Position numbers and translations under genes: made by a program | Shown: positions 8,658 through 15,932 of the stretch, one piece after another | Layout: each line of letters starts with the position of its first letter | Position numbering within the stretch: the stretch's first letter is position 1 | Assembly: GCA_016209685.1 (NCBI GenBank) | Contig: JACQVQ010000005.1 | Span: 24,655 to 88,654, forward strand | Origin: Planctomycetota bacterium | Lineage (GTDB): Bacteria > Planctomycetota > Brocadiia > Brocadiales > Bathyanammoxibiaceae | Reading direction: 5' to 3' | Length of the DNA stretch: 64,000 nucleotides | Notes under the pieces: model-generated | Seen by the model: only the letters and a program-made list of their open reading frames with translations | What the model was told of the DNA's origin: nothing | Database searches by the model: none

Positions 8658-8732
8658 ATGAAGCCGAAATATATCAAGTATGATGCTACGAGACCTCTGA
8701 AAAAGTTACAGCAACGCAATGTGTCATTCTGA
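8658..8732 (+). pseudogene. Possible RelE/ParE-like toxin remnant (24 codons) truncated by a repeat insertion
   Basis: Own translation is MKPKYIKYDATRPLKKLQQRNVSF*. The last codons and the stop lie inside the TGTCATTCTGAGCGAAGCG repeat. The position and the N-terminal pattern (..A.R.LKKL) resemble RelE-type toxins. Confidence 0.3.
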
Positions 8733-8794
8733 GCGAAGCGAAGAATCTCGTCTTTTATGAGATTCTTCGGTCGCTTCGCTCCCTCAGAATGACA
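8722..8794. repeat. Inverted pair of TGTCATTCTGAGCGAAGCGAAGAATCTC units forming a hairpin
   Basis: 8722-8749 forward and 8759-8794 reverse (with small indels), loop gtcttttat. Confidence 0.9.
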
Positions 8795-8865
8795 GTGAGC
8801 GGGGTTTTTCAGAGGTCTCAAACTATTAAATCTGGGGTAATAACCCCAAGACCCCCTGTCTCTAC

Positions 8866-9741
8866 TTACTTCTTACTCCCCTCCGACTTGGGCTTGGCAG
8901 GGGTACGTTGTGACGCGCCCTTGCTCCCTGCCTTTTCCGTCGTTGCCGGAGGTGTTACTGTCGCTGGTGCGGATGCAGGTATCACCTCCGGGGCATAGAC
9001 GTAAAGGGTGCTGGTGGCCTCACAGATGATATAGAGATACCCCTCACTATCCTTGGTAATGCCCTCGGCCTTGTCAGCCTCTACAGGAAAGGTCTTTATG
9101 AGCCGACCCTTTCTGGTAAATTCCAGGAGGATATTCTGGTGGCTCAACACCAAGAGCCTATCGGTAGTAGCATCGTAATAGAGGTCCGAGATGTCGCTCG
9201 CCTCAATGACCTCAAAGGAGTTTACAACATTGCCATCTTCCTTAAGTTCCATTACCTGCCTTGGGTTCTTTTCATTAGCCACAAAGATATTCTTACTCTT
9301 GGGGTCGTAGGCTACGCCCTCTATACCATGATTTAAGTCCCGGTAGCCCCATTTTATGGGTACTTTGATGGTCCTGAGGGTCTTACCTGCCCTATCTATC
9401 TCCACCACCTCCCGATTCCTCTCCTCTGCCAGGAGGAAGGTGTCGGTATCAGCCCTGTAAGCAATGCCCTCCAGGTCATTAGAGGCCTTTAAGGGCATCT
9501 TCTTTAAGACCTTCCCCTTTTTGTCTATCTCAAATAAACCGCCCCCACCACCCATCAACTTCTCGGCTAAACCGCTCCCGTGGTCCCGCACCGTCCAGAG
9601 GGAATCGTGGACGGGGTCGTAGGTAAGCCCGGAGGGGTCTTTAACGGCCACATGAAACGTCCCTGAGAGCTTGTACTCTACCCCCTGGACAACGGGGCTA
9701 GAGATAGTAAGGGTTAACAGAAATAGGACAAGAAAGTGCAT
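8866..9741 (-). CDS. Secreted beta-propeller protein, SdiA-regulated-domain type, with a Pro/Ala/Lys-rich tail
   Basis: Signal peptide MHFLVLFLLTLTISSPVVQG. Repeated EGIAY / EGVAY / EGITKD blades. The tail is APEVIPASAPATVTPPATTEKAGSKG. Confidence 0.65.
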   Translation of the reverse strand: MHFLVLFLLTLTISSPVVQGVEYKLSGTFHVAVKDPSGLTYDPVHDSLWTVRDHGSGLAEKLMGGGGGLFEIDKKGKVLKKMPLKASNDLEGIAYRADTDTFLLAEERNREVVEIDRAGKTLRTIKVPIKWGYRDLNHGIEGVAYDPKSKNIFVANEKNPRQVMELKEDGNVVNSFEVIEASDISDLYYDATTDRLLVLSHQNILLEFTRKGRLIKTFPVEADKAEGITKDSEGYLYIICEATSTLYVYAPEVIPASAPATVTPPATTEKAGSKGASQRTPAKPKSEGSKK

Positions 9742-9755
9742 GGCGTCTCCTTTTT

Positions 9756-9816
9756 AAATTCCAATTACAAATTTCATATTACAAATTTAGAATTTGAAAT
9801 ATGTAATTTGTAATTC
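9756..9816. repeat. Heptad-word inverted repeat (ATTACAA/ATTTCAT family)
   Basis: aaattccaattacaaatttcatattacaaattt-aga-atttgaaatatgtaatttgtaatt. Confidence 0.85.
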
Positions 9817-9820
9817 GCTT

Positions 9821-11353
9821 CTAATGAAGTCCTCCGATATTCCCCTCCACACACCCTACCAGGGTACCCCTCTGTACAAGGCTGTAAAGGGTCTCTATAT
9901 CCTTAGAAAGAATCCTGTCCACCTCCATGTGGGAGACGTGTTGGCGTATGAGGTTATAGGCTTCCAGGGTGCCACGGCCGGGTTTGAGGTTGGTAAACAA
10001 ATCCATTGCCTGGGCTGCGCAGAGGAGTTCTATGGCGATAACGTACTGGGTATTCCTGAGTACCTCCCGGCACTTCCTGGCGGAGATAGTGCCCATACTT
10101 ACATGGTCCTCCTTGTTGGCCGAGGTGGGGATGGAGTCAACGCAGGCAGGGTGACAGAGGGTCTTGTTTTCTGAGACAAGGGAGGCGGCCGTGTATTGGG
10201 CCAGCATGAGGCCGGAGTTAAGCCCTGGGTCTTTTATCAGAAAGGCGGGCAGGCCGCTGAGGTAAGGGTTCACCAGCCGTTCCACCCTCCTCTCAGAGAT
10301 ATTGGCCAGCTCTGCCAGGGCCATGGAAAGGAAGTCCATGGCCAGGGCCACTGGTTGTCCGTGAAAGTTCCCGCCAGTGAGTATCTCCCCGCTCTCCGCA
10401 AAGAATAAGGGGTTATCGGTGGCAGAATTCATCTCCGTGGTTATCACCTTATGGGTGTACCCCAGGGCGTCTCTTGAGGCCCCGTGGACCTGGGGGATGC
10501 ACCTGATGCTGTAGGCGTCCTGTACCCTGGTGCAGTCCTTATGGGAGGAGATGATAGAGCTATCGGCAGTAAGCCTGCGGAGATTTTCGGCGGTGAGGGC
10601 CTGGCCCGGATGGGGCCTGACCGTATGGATCTTGGGGTTGAGCTGTGTATTGGAGCCCATGAGTACCTCCAGGCTCATGCCCGCCGCAATGTCAGCGGCC
10701 TTCATCAGCTGGACTGCCTCATGCACCACTAGTGCCCCTACGGCCGTCATCACCTGGGTACCGTTTATGAGGGCCAACCCCTCGGCCTCCTCCAACTGGA
10801 GGGTGGTCAAACCAGCGAGCCTCATAGCCTCCCTGCCGGAGAGACGTTCACCCTTGTAAAAAGCCTCGCCCTCCCCGATTAATACCAGCCCCATGTGGGC
10901 AAGGGGTGCAAGGTCACCGCTTGCACCCACGGAGCCCCTCTGCGGAATGACTGGATAGACGCCCTTGTTAATCATCTCTACCAGCAACTGCAGTGTCTCA
11001 GGTCTCACCCCGGAGTAACCCCTGGCCAGGCCATGGGCCCTCAAGGCCATTATAGCCCTGGTGGTCTCCTGGTCAAAGGGCGCGGCCACCCCTGCCGAAT
11101 GACTCAGCAGGATGTTCCTCTGGAGGTCTTTGGCCTGTTCTCTGGACAGGACTACCGTACTCAGGGCACCAAAGCCAGTGGTCACGCCGTAGATGACCTT
11201 TTGCCCAGAGACGGCCTCCTGTACGAGGTGCCTGACCTTGTTGAGCTTATCAAAGACAGATGGAGAGAGTCTGACCTCCAGTCCACCTGGGGTGGATTGG
11301 GCTATGGACGCCAGGGTTTCAACCGTTAGAGACTTCCCGTCTAGAAGTACCAT
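9821..11353 (-). CDS. hutH: Histidine ammonia-lyase family (MIO-dependent aromatic amino acid lyase/mutase)
   Basis: 510 aa. GSVGASGDLAPLAHM (Ala-Ser-Gly MIO triad) and YGVTTGFG. No hutU/hutI nearby, so the substrate is not certain. Confidence 0.85.
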   Translation of the reverse strand: MVLLDGKSLTVETLASIAQSTPGGLEVRLSPSVFDKLNKVRHLVQEAVSGQKVIYGVTTGFGALSTVVLSREQAKDLQRNILLSHSAGVAAPFDQETTRAIMALRAHGLARGYSGVRPETLQLLVEMINKGVYPVIPQRGSVGASGDLAPLAHMGLVLIGEGEAFYKGERLSGREAMRLAGLTTLQLEEAEGLALINGTQVMTAVGALVVHEAVQLMKAADIAAGMSLEVLMGSNTQLNPKIHTVRPHPGQALTAENLRRLTADSSIISSHKDCTRVQDAYSIRCIPQVHGASRDALGYTHKVITTEMNSATDNPLFFAESGEILTGGNFHGQPVALAMDFLSMALAELANISERRVERLVNPYLSGLPAFLIKDPGLNSGLMLAQYTAASLVSENKTLCHPACVDSIPTSANKEDHVSMGTISARKCREVLRNTQYVIAIELLCAAQAMDLFTNLKPGRGTLEAYNLIRQHVSHMEVDRILSKDIETLYSLVQRGTLVGCVEGNIGGLH

Positions 11354-11375
11354 TCTTACCTCAATTCAAGAGACA

Positions 11376-11464
11376 CAGTAAGCAGTAAGGAGTAGGCAGT
11401 AGGCAGAATACAGTAAACAAATATATGTTTCTGCTTACTACTTACTGCCTACTGCTTACTGCTG
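11376..11464. repeat. Heptad-word inverted repeat (CAGTAAG/CAGTAGG family)
   Basis: cagtaagcagtaaggagtaggcagtaggcagaatacagtaaac-aaatatat-gtttctgcttactacttactgcctactgcttactgctg. It encodes the last residues (AVSSRQ*) of the next gene. Confidence 0.9.
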
Positions 11465-12623
11465 TTGAACTGGCTATCTCCTTCAAGGCCAGGGCCACCT
11501 GGGCTATGTCATCTCCTGTGTTGAAGAAGCCCGGGCTTATCCGCACCGTACCCTGTGGGAATGAGCCTATCTCTTTGTGGGTGCCAGGCGCACAGTGTAA
11601 CCCGGAGCGGACGGCGATGCCAAAGGACTCATCCAGTATTGTCCCCACTACCTGGGGTTCCATGCCCCTTATGTTCAGGGAGAGGATGGGGGAGGTGGCA
11701 GGGCCACCCCCGACCTCTGCCTCTGGTGGTGGGCCGTAGAGGGTAAACCTCGTATCGTCTCCCAGGGCATGCAGTAACTGGCTGGTAAGGGCCTGACCAT
11801 GCCTTCTGATTTTATCCGTACCCGTGCGGGATACAAACTCTACCCCTGCCTTCAGGCCCGCCAGTCCCACAAAGTTAGGTGTCCCACCCTCCAGACGGAA
11901 GGGCATATCTTCAGGTTGCACGGGGTTCTGGGAATCCACCCCGGTCCCCCCCTCCCTCCATGGCCTTAGCTCCACCCTTCCTCCCACGTACAGCCCTCCC
12001 GTGCCAGGAGGGCCGAACAGGGACTTGTGACCGGTAAAGGCCAGGAGGTCTATGCACTGTTCTTCTACGTTTACGGGCCATAGCCCTGCCGACTGGGCGG
12101 CATCTACCAGAAACAGGAGGTCTCTCTCCCTGGCCAGCCGTCCAACGTCTCCAATGGGTTGTACCGTCCCCAGGACGTTAGAGGCGTGCACCAGGGCAAC
12201 GAGTCGGGTCTTGTGGGTTATAGCCCTTTTTATGTCGCCAGGGTCTAAGAAGCCTTGTGGAGAGGGCCTCACTCTGGTAACGGTAATGACACCCTGCCTT
12301 TCCAGGGAGTTCAATGGGCGCGTAACGGCATTGTGTTCCAACGTGGTGGTGATGACGTGGTCGCCTGGGTTGAGCAGTCCCTTTATGGCCATATTAATGG
12401 CATCGGTGGCATTAAGGGTGAAGACCAGGCGCTGGGGTTCACTGGCACCGAAGAGTCCTGCCAGGGCCTTTCGGGTCATTTCTATCCCTTTCTCCGCCTC
12501 AGTGGAGAGTCTGTAACCGGCACGTCCCGGGTTGGCGGCCCGTTCCCTGAAGAACTCGTCCATCTCCCCGTAGACCTCGGAGGGTTTAGGGAAACTGGTG
12601 GCTGCATTGTCCAAGTATATCAT
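11442..12623 (-). CDS. Class-V aminotransferase fold, cysteine desulfurase family protein
   Basis: 393 aa. MIYLDNAATSFPKP start and FTGHKSLFGPPGTGGL (PLP lysine). Confidence 0.85.
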   Translation of the reverse strand: MIYLDNAATSFPKPSEVYGEMDEFFRERAANPGRAGYRLSTEAEKGIEMTRKALAGLFGASEPQRLVFTLNATDAINMAIKGLLNPGDHVITTTLEHNAVTRPLNSLERQGVITVTRVRPSPQGFLDPGDIKRAITHKTRLVALVHASNVLGTVQPIGDVGRLARERDLLFLVDAAQSAGLWPVNVEEQCIDLLAFTGHKSLFGPPGTGGLYVGGRVELRPWREGGTGVDSQNPVQPEDMPFRLEGGTPNFVGLAGLKAGVEFVSRTGTDKIRRHGQALTSQLLHALGDDTRFTLYGPPPEAEVGGGPATSPILSLNIRGMEPQVVGTILDESFGIAVRSGLHCAPGTHKEIGSFPQGTVRISPGFFNTGDDIAQVALALKEIASSTAVSSRQ

Positions 12624-12654
12624 TTAGCCGTAAAGTATAAAGTATGCCTAGGAA

Positions 12655-12815
12655 AAATGTCAAAGTCCAAATGACAAATGAAATCCAAATTCCAAATTCC
12701 AAAGAAAACTAGAGGCCAGAAATATTTGGCATTTGAACTTTGACATTGACTTGACATTTGAGCTTTGGAATTTGGATTTCCCTGCCCCCTGGCCCCTAGC
12801 CCCTGACCCCTATTA
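12655..12815. repeat. Composite heptad-word array (CCAAATT/CAAATGA hairpin plus an unpaired CCCCTGN arm)
   Basis: tgtcaaagtccaaatgacaaatgaaatccaaattccaaattccaaag ... catttgagctttggaatttggatttcc, followed by ctgccccctggcccctagcccctgacccc. Confidence 0.85.
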
Positions 12816-13859
12816 CAGGCCCACATACTGAGAATAGAGGGTCCTGGCCAGTGAGGTATCCTGGGTGCCGAAGAGCAGGGCACGGCCATCCGGGAAAATA
12901 ACCATCTCTCGCCCCTTGAGTCTGAACTTGAGGAGGTAAGGGGACTGGCTGATATTATCTACGCCCAAAGCGGATTGAAGGCGTAGGGATAGGGCAACGA
13001 GGTCTATTTTAGCGCCGTTTTCGGCGTTACCGCCGGGGGTAATCTGTACGGCGTTAGAACCACAGAGGGTAGTAGTTAGACTAAAACCCTTTGCGTTGAG
13101 GAACTCATATTCTCCCTTCTGGCAGGCAGGGCAAGTGGGGGAGGGGGCGGTCTGGGTATCCACCTTCTGGAAGCTCCCCTTCCACAGGTCTATGTTCACC
13201 AGGCCAGAGATTAATGCCTCCGGGTGATTCGTAAGGATTTTCAGGGCCTCGGTGGTCTGGATAGAGGCTATCAGTTTGGCAGCGGGGGCAAGTATGCCGG
13301 CAGTCTCGCACGTGGGCAGACTGCCAGGGAGGGGGACGGAGTCTACCAGACAGCGGAGGCAAAGGGTCTTGCCTGGTAGTATGTCCATGAGTAGGGCCTG
13401 ACTGCCCAGACACGCAGAGTATATCCAGGGAGTCCCGGTCTTCAGGGCATAATCGTTGAGCAGTAACCTGGTCTCAAAGTTGTCGGTACCGTCCAGGATA
13501 ACCTGGGCGTCTCTCAGGAGGGTCTCCGCATTAGTGGGGTTGAGGTCGGCGGCAATGCCTTCTACACGGATGGCAGAATTGATACGGCGGAGTCTTTTTT
13601 CTGCGGCCAGGGCCTTTGGCAGGCCTTCCCTGAGGTCTTCTTCGTCAAAGAGTTCTTGTCTCTGGAGGTTACTCTCTTCCAGTACGTCCCGGTCAATAAC
13701 CCTGAGGTATCCTATTCCAGAGCGGACCAGGAGGCTGGCAGTAGTGCTACCTATGGCCCCGCATCCCACCACTACGGCGCTGGATTCAGCAAGGCGTCTC
13801 TGCCCCTCCTTGCCGATGGGGTGGAAGAGTATCTGGCGTAGGTAGCGTTCGGTTTTCAT
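12813..13859 (-). CDS. ThiF/MoeB-family E1-like adenylyltransferase with a C-terminal extension
   Basis: 348 aa. YLRQILFHPIGKEGQRRL, VVGCGAIGS, two CxxC pairs (CLRC, CPAC), and a long ThiF-type C-terminal domain ending FPDGRALLFGTQDTSLARTLYSQYVGL. Confidence 0.85.
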   Translation of the reverse strand: MKTERYLRQILFHPIGKEGQRRLAESSAVVVGCGAIGSTTASLLVRSGIGYLRVIDRDVLEESNLQRQELFDEEDLREGLPKALAAEKRLRRINSAIRVEGIAADLNPTNAETLLRDAQVILDGTDNFETRLLLNDYALKTGTPWIYSACLGSQALLMDILPGKTLCLRCLVDSVPLPGSLPTCETAGILAPAAKLIASIQTTEALKILTNHPEALISGLVNIDLWKGSFQKVDTQTAPSPTCPACQKGEYEFLNAKGFSLTTTLCGSNAVQITPGGNAENGAKIDLVALSLRLQSALGVDNISQSPYLLKFRLKGREMVIFPDGRALLFGTQDTSLARTLYSQYVGL

Positions 13860-13861
13860 GG

Positions 13862-14026
13862 AGGGGTCAGGGGACAGGGACTAGGGATCAGGGTTCAGGG
13901 AAAGAACACAGTAGTCAGAATTCAGAATCAGCAAGTTGACTGCTGACCCCTGACTACTGTCTTCTGACTTCTGAATTCTTAATTCTTGCCCCTAGCCCCT
14001 GGTCCCTAGCCCCTGTCCCCTGGCCT
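13862..14026. repeat. Nested heptad-word hairpins (outer CAGGGGA family, inner CAGAATT/CAGTAGT family)
   Basis: ggggtcaggggacagggactagggatcagggttcaggg [cacagtagtcagaattcagaatcagc aagttgac tgctgac..ctgactactgtcttctgacttctgaattc] cccctagcccctggtccctagcccctgtcccctgg. Confidence 0.9.
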
Positions 14027-14035
14027 CGTACGGAG

Positions 14036-14713
14036 TTAACCCACTTTATAGGTACTAACACAACTGTCATCGCCGTAGGCAATGCACTTCTGTCTCTCAT
14101 GGGCGATGGCGGAATTGAGCCCTTTCCCAAAGCCTGAGAGCCAGGCGGTTATGATGTCGCACATCGCCTTTGGGGGTGCTTCTGTCTCTTGCCAGTATCT
14201 GCCATGGATACAGACCGTATGGTCCCATACGATGTGCTGATTGTTCTCGTCCAGTACCTGGGCGCCACGGTCGCAGGGCATTCCATCGCAGAAGTTATCC
14301 AGGAGGAGTTCAAAGGCCCTACCTGGGTTAACCCCATTCTGGCCAAGGTTCTTCTCCTTTGCGGCCTGCTGGGCACAGCTTACGCCGTGGTTGTAAGCCG
14401 CCTTACATGCCACCTCCTTGGCCTCATCGCCGTATTTTTTATAGAAGGCCGCAACGGTGGCTGCCTCACGTGTCTCCACGTCGTCTATAAGTCCCTGTAT
14501 CCCGGCATGGATGGGCTTATCCTCCAGAAGTTCCTCTAGCGGCTTAACATCTGACTGGGCAGGGGGATACTTCTTATAGACCACTTGTAGAATTGCGTCA
14601 GCATCTTTGCCATACTTTTGCTTAAGGGCCTCTACAATGGCCTTCTCTCTAGCTTCAGCGATCTTTATCTTCTTATGCATCCAGTGATGGATGGGCCCTA
14701 AAACTAAACTCAC
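14036..14713 (-). CDS. Hypothetical protein. The C-terminal Cys pattern resembles ATC-hydrolase-like (PF14196-type) domains.
   Basis: 225 aa. The C-terminal CIHGRYWQE...MCDIITAWLSGFGKGLN...KCIAYGDDSCVSTYKV resembles that family from memory. Not verified. Confidence 0.4.
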   Translation of the reverse strand: MSLVLGPIHHWMHKKIKIAEAREKAIVEALKQKYGKDADAILQVVYKKYPPAQSDVKPLEELLEDKPIHAGIQGLIDDVETREAATVAAFYKKYGDEAKEVACKAAYNHGVSCAQQAAKEKNLGQNGVNPGRAFELLLDNFCDGMPCDRGAQVLDENNQHIVWDHTVCIHGRYWQETEAPPKAMCDIITAWLSGFGKGLNSAIAHERQKCIAYGDDSCVSTYKVG

Positions 14714-14773
14714 TGTCTTTACTCCTTTCCTTTGTAACTTATCAGCCTGCCTCAGGCAGGCCGTTATATTATG

Positions 14774-14801
14774 GTAGGGGCACGGCGCGCCGTGCCCCTA
14801 C
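14774..14801. repeat. GTAGGGGCACGGCG|CGCCGTGCCCCTAC perfect 28-bp palindrome
   Basis: Exact palindrome, identical to 63869-63896. Confidence 0.95.
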
Positions 14802-14820
14802 TGCCTTTAGTTTGGGAAGG

Positions 14821-15051
14821 TTAGACGGCCTCCACACACTCTACGTCAGGGATCTCTTCCTTGAGCCTTGCCTCTACTCCCATCTTCAAGGTGATGAGGG
14901 AACTGGGGCACGTACCGCAGGCCCCTTTCAGCCTGACCTTCACTACCCCGCCGTTTACCCCGACCAACTCTATATCTCCGCCATCTGCCTGCAAGGCAGG
15001 TCTTATCTCATTCAGGATTTCCTTCACTTTCTCTGGATTCAGGTTGGGCAT
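14821..15051 (-). CDS. NifU C-terminal-domain (Nfu-type) Fe-S cluster carrier
   Basis: 76 aa. [15 protein letters not shown] and GACGTCPSS motifs. Confidence 0.9.
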   Translation of the reverse strand: MPNLNPEKVKEILNEIRPALQADGGDIELVGVNGGVVKVRLKGACGTCPSSLITLKMGVEARLKEEIPDVECVEAV

Positions 15052-15140
15052 TTGTGCTCCTCCTTCTACTAAAAAAAATTCTCACCCTATTATTTATAAG
15101 GTACGGGTCCATCCACCCGCCTCAGGCGGGCAATTGGGGT

Positions 15141-15359
15141 TTAACCCTTCTTTTTTGCTATGGCCTCGTTAATTTCCTTTACTATTACCTCAGGGTCCAT
15201 GTTGTGCATCATGGCCCCGAAGGCAAGGTCTTCCATCTTGGAACCAGGACAGGTAAAACAGCCTGAACCAAAATACTTCTTTACCACTGACTCAGCTTCC
15301 GGGTAATTCTTGATTATTTCCCCGATGCTGGTCTTCTTCGTTATCTTGATTTCTGACAT
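15141..15359 (-). CDS. DUF1858 / hybrid-cluster-protein-associated redox disulfide domain protein
   Basis: 72 aa. IGEIIKNYPEAESVVKKYFGSGCFTCPGSKMEDL. Confidence 0.75.
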   Translation of the reverse strand: MSEIKITKKTSIGEIIKNYPEAESVVKKYFGSGCFTCPGSKMEDLAFGAMMHNMDPEVIVKEINEAIAKKKG

Positions 15360-15379
15360 AACGGTTTCCTCGTTACCTC

Positions 15380-15772
15380 CTAATGACTGCTCTCGGCAGG
15401 GGCTGTTCCTATACTCGCCATGATGTTGGCCACAAACATCCCCACTGCCGCCACTTGCAAAACGGCAAAGAGTTTGGTCAGTCCATCAGCATATCCCCAT
15501 ACGCCACACAATCCAACAAGGCTGATATTGGCCAGCCAGAAGTGCCACTTCATCAGGCCGGGATAGGCCACAGGGTTACCGCTAAACCTGGGGAGGATGT
15601 GATACCCCACCCCATAAATCATCATGGACATCCAGCCTAACAAATTAAAGTGCACGTGGGCAAACTTTAACAATGGTTCATCTTTGGTAAACAACTGAAG
15701 CAACCCCAGACATACTCCAATAAAAAAATATAAAAGACTTGCACGGACAAAATTCTTCGCAATTGGGTCCAC
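15380..15772 (-). CDS. Small 4-TM membrane protein with heme-copper-oxidase-subunit-I-like His motifs
   Basis: 130 aa. GTG start with a GGAGGAGGGG SD. Four hydrophobic helices. HVHFNLLGWMSMMIYGVGYHILPRF resembles HCO/cbb3 subunit I helices. Confidence 0.6.
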   Translation of the reverse strand: MDPIAKNFVRASLLYFFIGVCLGLLQLFTKDEPLLKFAHVHFNLLGWMSMMIYGVGYHILPRFSGNPVAYPGLMKWHFWLANISLVGLCGVWGYADGLTKLFAVLQVAAVGMFVANIMASIGTAPAESSH

Positions 15773-15904
15773 TAGTACCCCTCCTCCGCACTTTTTCTGT
15801 TATGGATAATCTGTGGCAGGGCCACTAATAAAGACAGCACTTCTTAAGGATATCTCATTTAGGTTATTCCGAAAACCCCATTTTGTCAACCAAAAAATAT
15901 GGCT

Positions 15905-15932
15905 GTAGGGGTTTGAATAATCAAACCCTTAC
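15905..15932. repeat. GTAGGGGTTTGA-ataa-TCAAACCCTTAC palindrome overlapping the Mo-oxidoreductase stop
   Basis: 10-bp arms. The last codons (VRV*) of the upstream gene lie in the right arm. Confidence 0.8.

Noticed and set aside
8636-8821. 61-aa ORF (MRPLKNPAHCHSEGAKRPKNL...ILRFAQNDT)
   Set aside because: It is the read-through translation of the inverted TGTCATTCTGAGCGAAGCG repeat pair. This peptide type is a well-known repeat artefact.
12620-12889. 89-aa ORF on the - strand overlapping the ThiF-like gene end
   Set aside because: It is a translation of CCAAATT/CCCCTGN repeat words in another frame.
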